Shown one piece after another: positions 9,389-17,104 of a stretch of 34,923 bases of DNA. Below the pieces are notes generated by a model that saw nothing but the letters and a program-made list of their open reading frames with translations, searched no databases and was not told where the DNA came from. Each line of letters starts with the position of its first letter. Position 1 is the stretch's first letter. A program made the translations under genes and the position numbers. The stretch comes from Bacteroidota bacterium (GTDB lineage Bacteria; Bacteroidota; Rhodothermia; Rhodothermales; JBCCMF01), in assembly GCA_039026435.1 (NCBI GenBank), contig JBCCMF010000005.1:1-34923 (forward strand), in the 5' to 3' direction.

Positions 9389-9559
9389 TCAGGCCTGCTT
9401 GCCGGGCGATGCTGGGGCAGGCACGGGGACGGGCGTTTCCTCGCGCAGGACGTGGATGATAAAGTCGGAGAGGCGGTCGCGCTCGGCGCGCATGACGGTG
9501 GTCGCTTGCGCAGCGGCGGCATCGAGGCGGCGGGGTGGCGTCGCGTTGGGCTCGGGCAT
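9389..9559 (-). CDS. Candidate small protein of 56 aa (MPEPNATPPRRLDAAAAQATTVMRAERDRLSDFIIHVLREETPVPVPAPASPGKQA), function unknown.
   Basis: Hand-translated from ATG 9559 to TGA 9389. GC3 is about 84% (47 of 56 codons), typical of genuine genes in this genome. The composition does not look like wrong-frame sequence. It lies in an otherwise long 600-bp intergenic region. No homolog is recognised. Confidence 0.3.
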   Translation of the reverse strand: MPEPNATPPRRLDAAAAQATTVMRAERDRLSDFIIHVLREETPVPVPAPASPGKQA

Positions 9560-9791
9560 GAAACAGAGAGCGGTGCACGCGCTGGAGAGCTGGGGCGTCA
9601 ACAGCAGCGCAGGGTGCTACAACGGGTGGAGCGCGGTGGGGCGCGCCTGTTGCCTAACGCGGTTTTCAAACACTGTGCCATCGCTATGCGCCATGCTACG
9701 GCTGTGGATAACTTGCCGCTTGCCCACGCGGGTTTGCGGGAGAACCCCCACATGCCGAGGCCCACTGCCTATGTGGCGGCGCGCCACCGTC

Positions 9792-10493
9792 TCACTTTAG
9801 CGTGAGCGGCGGCGGAAGTGAGACCGGCTTACTGGCAGGCCGGCTCCCGGGAGCCTTGGGCCTCGCGCCAGGCTTGGCGCCCGGTGGAGGCATCAGGCCG
9901 ATGGCAGCGGGCTTAGCGGCCACCGCCGGACGCTTGGCACCCGTCGGAGCAGCTCGTTTGGGCTTGGGCTTGCGCCAGAGCGGTACCGACGAGCATGGCT
10001 CGCCATACATCAGCTTGCGCGCCACGCCCTGCAGCTTCTGCGTGGCGATCATGTAGGCCACGGTGGGAACGTGGGGGCTGTTGCACCCCTTCACCACCAC
10101 GATCCGGTTGGCATAGCGGCTCCAGTCCTCAGCTTCCAGCGCGCGGATGAAGTGGTCGCGGATGAGGGCGTCGGTGGTGCCAAACGCCACGGAGGCGGCG
10201 ATGCCGTTGAGCTTGACGCCCACCAGCATGTACGCCCAGGTGGGAATGATGGCGGGCGTGGAGCAGAAGACCGCCACGTGCTCGTCGGCGTGCTGCGCCC
10301 AGTCGTAGGCTTTCATGGCCTGCCGGAAGTCCTTCTCGCGCAGCATCAGCCCGCGAAGTAGATACGGCTCCAAGTCGAACGCGACGACGGGCTTGTCATC
10401 CCAGAGCGCTTCCAAGTTGTACGTTTCGATGTCACTCTCGGCCACGCGGTTTACGATGGGCGAGCTGAAGTCGTTGGTGAGGTCGTTCATCAT
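9792..10493 (-). CDS. DUF2480-like Bacteroidota-restricted protein with a C-terminal Ala/Pro/Lys-rich basic tail.
   Basis: Its ATG overlaps the TGA of the upstream cysteine desulfurase (ATGA overlap at 10490-10493), which suggests translational coupling. The core (...VAVFCSTPAIIPTWAYML...VVKGCNSPHVPTVAYMIATQKLQGVARKLMYGEPCSSVPLW) resembles DUF2480, a family that commonly travels with Fe-S assembly genes. The final 65 aa or so are (A/P/K/G/R)-rich. Confidence 0.65.
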   Translation of the reverse strand: MMNDLTNDFSSPIVNRVAESDIETYNLEALWDDKPVVAFDLEPYLLRGLMLREKDFRQAMKAYDWAQHADEHVAVFCSTPAIIPTWAYMLVGVKLNGIAASVAFGTTDALIRDHFIRALEAEDWSRYANRIVVVKGCNSPHVPTVAYMIATQKLQGVARKLMYGEPCSSVPLWRKPKPKRAAPTGAKRPAVAAKPAAIGLMPPPGAKPGARPKAPGSRPASKPVSLPPPLTLK

Positions 10494-11647
10494 GAGACGA
10501 GTACCGGGGCGTTTAAGCGGTTGAGTGCGGTAACGACGGCGTCAAACGCGTGGTCCATATCCTTGGCGGTCGTGCGCCGGCCGAGGCTGAAGCGGAGGCT
10601 GCGCTTGGCGGCCTCGGGGCTGAGGCCCATCGCGGTGAGGACGTGGCTGGCCGCGGCCGACCCGCTGGCACACGCGCTGCCGCCTGACACCGCCAGGGTG
10701 CGCAGCTCGGCCGCCAGCATTTCGTTTTCAACGCACTCGGGGAAGCAGACGTTCGAGGTGTTGGGCAGACGGGGCGCCCCAGCACCGTTGATCAGCAATC
10801 CGGGCACGGCGTCAAGCAGGTGGGCTTCAAACCGGTCGCGCAGCCTCGCTTGGCGTGCCGCCTCGGTATCGAGCAGCCCGATGGCGCTTTCGAGGGCCGC
10901 GCCCAGGCCTACGATGCCGGGTACATTGAGGGTGCCCCCGCGCAGCCCGCGCTCTTGGCCTCCACCATCAAGCAGCGGGGTCAGGCGTACGGGCCGCCCG
11001 CGCCGCCGCACATAGAGTGCGCCAACGCCCTTGGGGCCGTAGACCTTGTGGCCCGAGCACACCAGCACATCCACACCGCTCTTGGCGATTGAGACGGGTA
11101 CCTTGCCGACGGCTTGCGTAGCGTCCGTCATGAACAAGGCGCCGCGTGCGTGAGCGGCCTCCGTGAGCTCTGCAATGCGGTGGATGGTGCCCACCTCGTT
11201 GTTGGCCCACATCACCGACACGAGCGTCGTCTCGTCGGTGAGAGCCGCTTCGAGATCCGCGACCGAGACGCGCCCCTCGGCGTCAACGGGCAGCACGGTG
11301 ATGGTGAAGCCTTCGCGTTCGAGCGCATAGTGTGCGTCTAGCACCGCCTTGTGCTCGGTGGCGGTGGTGATCAGGTGGCGCCCGCGCGTGGCGTAGGCGT
11401 GGGCGATGCCTTTGATGGCGGCGTTCGCGCCCTCGGTAGCCCCGCTGGTAAATAGGATACCGCTGGAGGGCGCGTCTAGTGCGGCAGCCACTTGCTCGCG
11501 TGCGATAACCACGGCCTCATCAGCGGCCCATCCGTAGGCGTGCCCGCTGCTCGAAGCGTTGCCGAAGTGCTGCGTGAAGTACGGGAGCATCTGCTCAAGC
11601 ACGCGCTCGTCAACAGGCGTCGTGGCGTTGTAATCCAGATAAATCAT
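10490..11647 (-). CDS. Cysteine desulfurase (class V aminotransferase, NifS/IscS/SufS-like).
   Basis: PLP-lysine motif SGHKVYGPKGVGALYV. Active-site Cys loop SGGSACASGS. N-terminus IYLDYNATTP. The ORF track extends to 11674; the ATG at 11647 matches the conserved family start (MIYLDYNATTP). Confidence 0.85.
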   Translation of the reverse strand: MIYLDYNATTPVDERVLEQMLPYFTQHFGNASSSGHAYGWAADEAVVIAREQVAAALDAPSSGILFTSGATEGANAAIKGIAHAYATRGRHLITTATEHKAVLDAHYALEREGFTITVLPVDAEGRVSVADLEAALTDETTLVSVMWANNEVGTIHRIAELTEAAHARGALFMTDATQAVGKVPVSIAKSGVDVLVCSGHKVYGPKGVGALYVRRRGRPVRLTPLLDGGGQERGLRGGTLNVPGIVGLGAALESAIGLLDTEAARQARLRDRFEAHLLDAVPGLLINGAGAPRLPNTSNVCFPECVENEMLAAELRTLAVSGGSACASGSAAASHVLTAMGLSPEAAKRSLRFSLGRRTTAKDMDHAFDAVVTALNRLNAPVLVS

Positions 11648-11781
11648 GTGGAGGTAAGCGTATGGGTTCAGCACCAGAAATATAACGCCTCGCAGGGGAA
11701 AAAGGTAAGGGACAGGGCGGTCGGGGGGAGGTCGACCGGCCCCGTCCCTCGGGGTGATGCTGGGTGGGTGTTAATGCTTCG

Positions 11782-13077
11782 TCACGCGCTCTCGTTGGTG
11801 CCGTTCGTCGAGATGACTTCGGCGTCTTCCATCTTGGGCTTGCCCGCCGCCGCTTGGCTCAGCATGGTGGCCACGTCGATGCCCGTGGAGGCCTTGAGAC
11901 TTTCGAGCAGCGCCGGCGTGGCGCCTGCGATCTGGCTGAATACGGCGGGGACGCCCGAGCCGCCGCCGCCCTGGCCGCTGTCCACCACCGTGATCTTATC
12001 GATCTTGAGGTTGTCCACCGTGCTCACGACGCGCTCCATGATTTCGGGCAGCATCTGGATGAGGAAGAGGCGCTCGGCGTCGGTGCCGGCGTCGTTCCAC
12101 AGGGCCAGCTTCTGGCGCAGGATTTCGACCTCGGCCTTGCCGTCTTCCAGGATACGCGCGGCGGCTCCTTTGGCTTGCTCCTCTTTCGCTCGGCGCTCGG
12201 CCTCAGCCTTAATCACGACGGCGGCGCGCTGGCGCTTCTCGGCCAAGAGGATTTCCTGCTCGGCCAGTTCCTGTTCGGCTCGGGCCTCCGCCAAACGAGC
12301 CGCCACACCGATCTTGGCCTCCTCGGCCTCTGCGTCGGCGCTGAGCTGGGCCTTGACGATGCGCACCTCGTTCTCGGCCTCGGCAATCGACTTGTTGGCG
12401 CGCGCCTCCACGAGGCGGGCCTTCTCCTGGTTGGTCGCCTCCGCCACTTCCGCCTGCGCCACGATCAGCGCCGTTTGCTGCCGGCCGATGGCGTCCAGAT
12501 AGCCACGGTCGTCCTCCACGCTTTGGACCTTGAGCGTGTCCAATTGCAAGCCGAGTGCACCGAGGTCGTTGTCGGCTTCGTCCAGCAGTTCGCGGGCGAA
12601 GAGCAGCCGGTCTTCGTTGACCTCTTCCGGCGTCAGCGAGGCCAGCACGCCGCGCAGGTTGCCTTCCAGCGTCTCCTTGGCAATCATCTGGATCTCGGCG
12701 AGCGGCTTGCCGAGTAGGCGCTCAATGGCATTGTTCAATTCGGGCTCTTTCGAGGCGACCTTGACGTTGGCGATGGCCCGCACCGTAAGGGGAATACCGC
12801 CTTTAGAATACGCGTTTTGAACCGTCAGGTCGATGGGGATCGTGTTGAGGTTGAGACGGTCTACCTCTTCCAAGATCGGGATCTTAAACCCACGTCCGCC
12901 CTGAATAATACGGTAGCCTACCGAGCCGCCGTCGGGAAGTGCCCGCTGGCGCCCGCTGAAGATGAGCACTTCGTTGGGCTGGCAGATTTTCAGGTTGGCG
13001 CGGATGATGCCAATGACGGTAAAGATGCCTACAACGATGATGCTGGCAATGGCCAGGGCTGCATCGACTCCAAACAT
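11782..13077 (-). CDS. Flotillin-like SPFH/band-7 protein with a long EA-rich coiled-coil C-terminal half.
   Basis: N-terminal hydrophobic anchor followed by QPNEVLIFSGRQ...GGRGFKIP (SPFH domain). Extended Ala/Glu-rich heptads (AEAEEAKIGVAARLAEARAEQELAEQE...). The longest ORF reaches 13137. The internal ATG at 13077 (MFGVDAALAIASIIVVG...) matches flotillin N-termini better. Confidence 0.85.
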   Translation of the reverse strand: MFGVDAALAIASIIVVGIFTVIGIIRANLKICQPNEVLIFSGRQRALPDGGSVGYRIIQGGRGFKIPILEEVDRLNLNTIPIDLTVQNAYSKGGIPLTVRAIANVKVASKEPELNNAIERLLGKPLAEIQMIAKETLEGNLRGVLASLTPEEVNEDRLLFARELLDEADNDLGALGLQLDTLKVQSVEDDRGYLDAIGRQQTALIVAQAEVAEATNQEKARLVEARANKSIAEAENEVRIVKAQLSADAEAEEAKIGVAARLAEARAEQELAEQEILLAEKRQRAAVVIKAEAERRAKEEQAKGAAARILEDGKAEVEILRQKLALWNDAGTDAERLFLIQMLPEIMERVVSTVDNLKIDKITVVDSGQGGGGSGVPAVFSQIAGATPALLESLKASTGIDVATMLSQAAAGKPKMEDAEVISTNGTNESA

Positions 13078-13137
13078 ATCACACCTCGTGTTTAGCTGAA
13101 TGGGGGAGGAAAAAATGTACGCTACGCCACTAGGCAC

Positions 13138-13716
13138 TTAACTCGGCTTGACGACGCGCGCCACGTTACCATCCATGCGCACGACCACGACCTCATCGCC
13201 AGGCGAGAACGAATCGGTGTCCTCGTCGAAGCTCTCGGCCATCAGGTTCATGCGCTGGCCGTTGGCGACTAGCAGCACCTTGCCGCGCTGGCCGGGCTCG
13301 AAGGGCAGCAGCACCTCGGCGGTCTTGCCGTTGAGTGCCGCCATCGTCACATCGCCGCTCACCTGCTTGTAGCCCACGTTTTTGATGACGTAGTTGCCGC
13401 CCATCCCGATGACTGCGCCGAGTACGCCTGCCGTGATGCCGAGCACAGGCTCGCTGACGCCCGTCCAACCCAGCACCAGGCCCGTCAGGCCGAAGAAGGC
13501 GAGGAAGAGGAAGAGCGCCCGCACGGAGATAAGGTCGCTCAGCCCGAAGCCCGAGCCGCCGAGGCCAGCATCGGCGTCGAAGTCCGCGTCGGCGTCAAAA
13601 TCAGCGTCCAGGTCGAAGTCGGCATCGACATCGACGTCTGCGTCGCCACCGCCGAACATCGACAGGATAACGAAGACGCCGCCTACGATGAGGCTGATGA
13701 GGTACAGTGATTCCAT
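13138..13716 (-). CDS. NfeD-like membrane protein (short YuaF-type) with an acidic DADFD repeat stretch, in an operon with flotillin.
   Basis: Two TM helices flank a (D-A/V/F-D) run, GGGDADVDVDADFDLDADFDADADFDADAG. The C-terminal OB-fold-like beta domain is present (GKTAEVLLPFEPGQRGKVLLVANGQRMNLMAE...GDEVVVVRMDGNVARV). The stop abuts the downstream flotillin gene, the classical nfeD-floT arrangement. Confidence 0.8.
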   Translation of the reverse strand: MESLYLISLIVGGVFVILSMFGGGDADVDVDADFDLDADFDADADFDADAGLGGSGFGLSDLISVRALFLFLAFFGLTGLVLGWTGVSEPVLGITAGVLGAVIGMGGNYVIKNVGYKQVSGDVTMAALNGKTAEVLLPFEPGQRGKVLLVANGQRMNLMAESFDEDTDSFSPGDEVVVVRMDGNVARVVKPS

Positions 13717-13785
13717 AGGTGTCCTCCGAATAGGCTTCGTATTCCGAGAAAAGTGCTCGCGGTTTTATCTGAGCTGATGAGGGGT

Positions 13786-13808
13786 TTGCTGCAGCGCGCA
13801 AGCAGCTT
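13786..13808. terminator. Possible small intrinsic terminator-like hairpin (GCTGC-agcgcgcaa-GCAGC-TTTT) in the spacer between the MATE and nfeD-floT genes.
   Basis: 5-bp GC stem with a 9-nt loop, followed by TTTT on the plus strand. It is weak. On the minus strand, the orientation of the flanking genes, it has no U-tract. Confidence 0.2.
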
Positions 13809-13988
13809 TTCCTCGCTCGATGGGTAGAACCGAAAGACAGATTACGCTACGAGCGAAACGCCCGCCCGTTGCGCCTGTGCACCATCTTCAAAAACCGCTT
13901 CCGGTCAGGCGAGGCACCCAACAGCGGAGGGACAGAGCATGGCGTGCAGGGCCTCCGTCTACAACGCCGCCGGACGACGCGTTCCGCC

Positions 13989-15338
13989 TCATCCTGCACT
14001 AGGAGAGGTGTCGTCGAGCACCTCGTACTGCTCCCACTTGCGTCGCAGCCAGAGCGCGAGCATCGCCGCGGTTTTGAGCGCTTCCTCGGCGATGTACGCG
14101 TACCACAAGCCCACCAGCCCCAGGTCCAGCACCGACACGGCGAGGTAGCCCAGCGGCAGCGCGATCAGGACCGTCAGCGCGAGGTTCCAGACCACCGGGC
14201 GGTTCACGTCGCCCACGGCTTTGAGCGCCGAGAAGATGATGAGGTTGATGGTGTTGAGCGGCGTCACGATCAGGCTGAGCACGAGCAGTTGCTTGATGCC
14301 GCTGATGACCTCGGGGTCTTGCGTGAACAGCCCGATCAGCAGGTCGGCTTGCCATACCAGAAGTCCGGCCCCGACGAAGTTGACGGCGCCTGTGATGAAG
14401 GCGTAGCGCAGCGTGCGGCGGAAGGCCTTGTCGTACTGCTCCGCACCCCGGTCGTAGCCCACGAGCACCTCCGCGCCCTGGGCAATCACGAAGCTGATGA
14501 TCGACAGCAGCGAGACGATGGTCAGCGTGTACGACCGCGTGACCACGGCGCCCGTCCCCAGCACCGTGATCAGCGACACCATCGCCAACTGGTACAGGTT
14601 GTACACCATGTTTTGCGCCACACTGGGGTACGACATCGTCACCAGCCTCTTGGCCTGCGCCAAGAAGGTGGCGGGGATCGTGAATAGGCGGATGCCGATG
14701 CGGTACTGCAGGTAAAAGACGAGCACCGCGATCATGCCGATGCGCACAATCAGCGTGGAGAGCGCCGCGCCGTAGACGCCCAGCTCGGGGAAGCCGAGTT
14801 CGCCGAAGATGAGCGTGTACTCCAGGAACAGGTAAAGCACGTTGGCCAGGGCGCCGAACACAAAGATGGGCAGCGTGTAGCCGAACCCGCGCAGCGCCGC
14901 CGTCGCCGTCACGATGGTGCCGTTGAACAGCATGGCCCCCGCGATGACGTATACGTAGATGATGACGTCGCCGCGGATCTCCTCAGGCGTGTTGATCCAG
15001 TCGGCGAAGAACGGCGCTCCGATGAGCAGGATGGCCGAGATCACAAGGCAAAACGCGAGGCTCGCCTGCATCCCCGTGACGACGGCGGCCTTGGCGTCAT
15101 CGACCTGGTCGCGCCCGAGGTACTGCGCCAGCACGATGAGCGTACCCACGGCAAACAGCCCCGAGAGGTCGTAGGCGACGCCCAGGATCTGGTTCGCGAG
15201 GCTCACGGCCGCTGCGAGGTCGTCCGAGTAGTTGGCCAGCAGGATCTGATCGACGAACGTGACGCCGATCGCCATGAAGCTGAACAGAAAGAGCGGGTAG
15301 GTGAGCTGGAAGAGGCTCTTTCGTTCGAATGTGCTCAC
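13989..15338 (-). CDS. MATE-family multidrug/oligosaccharidyl-lipid efflux transporter.
   Basis: 449 aa. Predicted 12 TM segments. Typical MATE N-terminal motif (LFQLTYPLFLFSFMAIGVTFVDQILLANYSDDLAAAVSLANQIL). GTG start. Confidence 0.85.
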   Translation of the reverse strand: MSTFERKSLFQLTYPLFLFSFMAIGVTFVDQILLANYSDDLAAAVSLANQILGVAYDLSGLFAVGTLIVLAQYLGRDQVDDAKAAVVTGMQASLAFCLVISAILLIGAPFFADWINTPEEIRGDVIIYVYVIAGAMLFNGTIVTATAALRGFGYTLPIFVFGALANVLYLFLEYTLIFGELGFPELGVYGAALSTLIVRIGMIAVLVFYLQYRIGIRLFTIPATFLAQAKRLVTMSYPSVAQNMVYNLYQLAMVSLITVLGTGAVVTRSYTLTIVSLLSIISFVIAQGAEVLVGYDRGAEQYDKAFRRTLRYAFITGAVNFVGAGLLVWQADLLIGLFTQDPEVISGIKQLLVLSLIVTPLNTINLIIFSALKAVGDVNRPVVWNLALTVLIALPLGYLAVSVLDLGLVGLWYAYIAEEALKTAAMLALWLRRKWEQYEVLDDTSPSAG

Positions 15339-15383
15339 GGCATCAAGCCCTTGGCCAGAAGATAGCTGCAGCGCCGAGCGCGG

Positions 15384-16097
15384 CTAGGCCCCGAAGTTCT
15401 CGGTTCGGATGCGCTCTTCGGCCACATCTTGCGCCATGAGGTGCTCCGTGACCGCGCCGATAAAGCTACCCGTTCCGCAAATGTAGAAATGACTCGAACT
15501 TGTAACGGCTGCATCGATGGCATCGAACAGCGAGTGCCGCTTGACGAACGTCACCTTGTCGGCCACGGCTTCGTCCTGCCACTCGTCGGTGTAGCAATAG
15601 CCTTTGCCCGCGTAGACGAGCTTCCACTGCTGCGGTGGGTTGCTCTGGATGATGCTGCGGATGGGCGTGATGCCGATGCCGCCCGCGATGAAGAGGATCG
15701 AGTCGTCTTCGCCCAGGTCATTGGCCGTGAAGTGGCCGCGTATCTTGAACAGCCCCACCGTGTCGCCCGCTTTGCTCTGCCGGAAGCGGCGCTTGAAGCG
15801 GCTGTTGGACTGGAGGTCCATCGTGAAGAGCAGGTCGGGCTCATGCGGCGCACTGGCCAGCGACATATGCCGCACGTCGTACATGTTGATGTGGCCGCCG
15901 GGCGCCACGAGGTGGGCATACTGCCCGGCGTCGTAGGCAAACCCCTCGGGCTTGGCGATGCGGAAGGTACGCACTTGGTTGTACTCGTCGTGGACGTCCA
16001 GAATCGGACTCGTCAGGTAGTCTAAGCCGGGATACCCGCGCATGCGGAAGATCCAGAAGTAGAGGGGACGGACGATATTTTTCAGCCACTTGGGCAT
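15384..16097 (-). CDS. FNR-family FAD/NAD(P)-binding oxidoreductase (ferredoxin reductase-like).
   Basis: FAD-binding RxYS-type motif (RHMSLAS) and NAD-binding GGIGITPIRS motif. 237 aa. Hydrophobic N-terminus. Confidence 0.75.
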   Translation of the reverse strand: MPKWLKNIVRPLYFWIFRMRGYPGLDYLTSPILDVHDEYNQVRTFRIAKPEGFAYDAGQYAHLVAPGGHINMYDVRHMSLASAPHEPDLLFTMDLQSNSRFKRRFRQSKAGDTVGLFKIRGHFTANDLGEDDSILFIAGGIGITPIRSIIQSNPPQQWKLVYAGKGYCYTDEWQDEAVADKVTFVKRHSLFDAIDAAVTSSSHFYICGTGSFIGAVTEHLMAQDVAEERIRTENFGA

Positions 16098-16148
16098 GGC
16101 AGTAACCTCAATAGAAGAGCGTGCAGTCGGCTCACAGAGCCGCGTACC

Positions 16149-16655
16149 CTACTTCGGCTGTCCTGCCGGGATCCGCAACAACGTTGTCTGCACAGGCTCC
16201 CCATCGAGCAACACGATGTGGTAGAGGCGGTCGTATTCGTCCTCGGGGATGGGCGGCACCTCGGCGCCGCCAAGCGCAGCGGCGAGGTAGGGCGTCGTGT
16301 TGCTGTGCCCCACCACGACATGGATGCCTGCCGAAGTGCGCAGCGCCTCGGCGAAGGCGTCCAGCGCGCTCGGGTCGTACGGTTGCACGCCGAGGCCGTA
16401 GGCTGCGGCCAGCGGGGCGGCGGTCTGCTGCGTGCGCTGATATTGGGTGCTGTGGATAGCCGTGACCTTTGCCGAGGCCAACAGCCGGGCCACGGCGTCG
16501 GCGCGGGCGAGGCCTGCCTCCGAGAGCGGGACGTCGCGGATCATGGTGGCCTCCGTTTTCTCGGCGTGGCGCAAGAGGTAGACGGTGGTCGCTTGCCCAT
16601 AGGCTGAGAGGGTGAGGGCGCAGAGGAGTGTGACGAGGCAAGCAAGACGGCGCAT
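16149..16655 (-). CDS. Secreted histidine-phosphatase superfamily protein (SixA/phosphoglycerate-mutase-like).
   Basis: Signal peptide MRRLACLVTLLCALTLSAYGQA. Catalytic LLRHAEK (RHG motif). A conserved His is present near the C-terminal end (VVVGHSNT). Confidence 0.75.
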   Translation of the reverse strand: MRRLACLVTLLCALTLSAYGQATTVYLLRHAEKTEATMIRDVPLSEAGLARADAVARLLASAKVTAIHSTQYQRTQQTAAPLAAAYGLGVQPYDPSALDAFAEALRTSAGIHVVVGHSNTTPYLAAALGGAEVPPIPEDEYDRLYHIVLLDGEPVQTTLLRIPAGQPK

Positions 16656-16741
16656 GGCGGGATCAAGCGGATGATAGCGACGATGGGAGGCTACGAAACC
16701 GCGTCGTATATTGAAAGCCCAACCTAGCCACGCTCGCGCCT

Positions 16742-17092
16742 ATGCTCGTCGAAACCGTCAATCAGCTTCTTGCGCCCTTCGCCACCGACGCGCTCGAGGT
16801 GCCCGAAGACCCTACGGCCGACGACCTCACGCCGTGGCGCGACCGCATCGACGCGCTCGACCGCACCATCTTGCAACTCCTCAACGAACGCTCGACGTGT
16901 GCCAACCGCATCGGGGCCATCAAAAAGAAGCTGGACATGCCCGTCTACGTCCCCAGCCGGGAGGAGGAGGTGCTGCAGAAGGTAGCGGGTGCCAACAACG
17001 GCCCGCTGCCCGATACGGCCGTGCGCAACATCTTCGAGCGCATCATCGACGAGACGCGGTCGCTGGAGCGCAAGAAGTACCAGACGGAGTGA
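16742..17092 (+). CDS. Chorismate mutase (AroQ class, monofunctional).
   Basis: 116 aa. Conserved RDRIDALDRTILQLLNERSTCANRIGAIKK and VYVPSREEEVL motifs. Confidence 0.85.
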   Translation: MLVETVNQLLAPFATDALEVPEDPTADDLTPWRDRIDALDRTILQLLNERSTCANRIGAIKKKLDMPVYVPSREEEVLQKVAGANNGPLPDTAVRNIFERIIDETRSLERKKYQTE

Positions 17093-17104
17093 TGCCGTAC
17101 AGGG

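Noticed and set aside
9212-9805. 197-aa plus-strand and 136-aa minus-strand ORFs spanning the kamA-downstream spacer.
   Set aside because: Both are generated by the palindromic repeat (mirrored peptides from the two arms) and by antisense reading of the candidate small ORF. Their composition is Arg/Gly-rich.
11492-12717. Two long plus-strand ORFs (336 and 317 aa) opposite the flotillin and cysteine desulfurase genes.
   Set aside because: They are antisense to genes with clear SPFH and desulfurase motifs. Their composition is low-complexity Ser/Ala/Arg or Leu/Gly-rich.
13869-14687. 272-aa plus-strand ORF opposite the MATE transporter.
   Set aside because: It is an Arg/His/Glu/Gln-rich antisense artefact. 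The MATE frame has 12 coherent TM helices.
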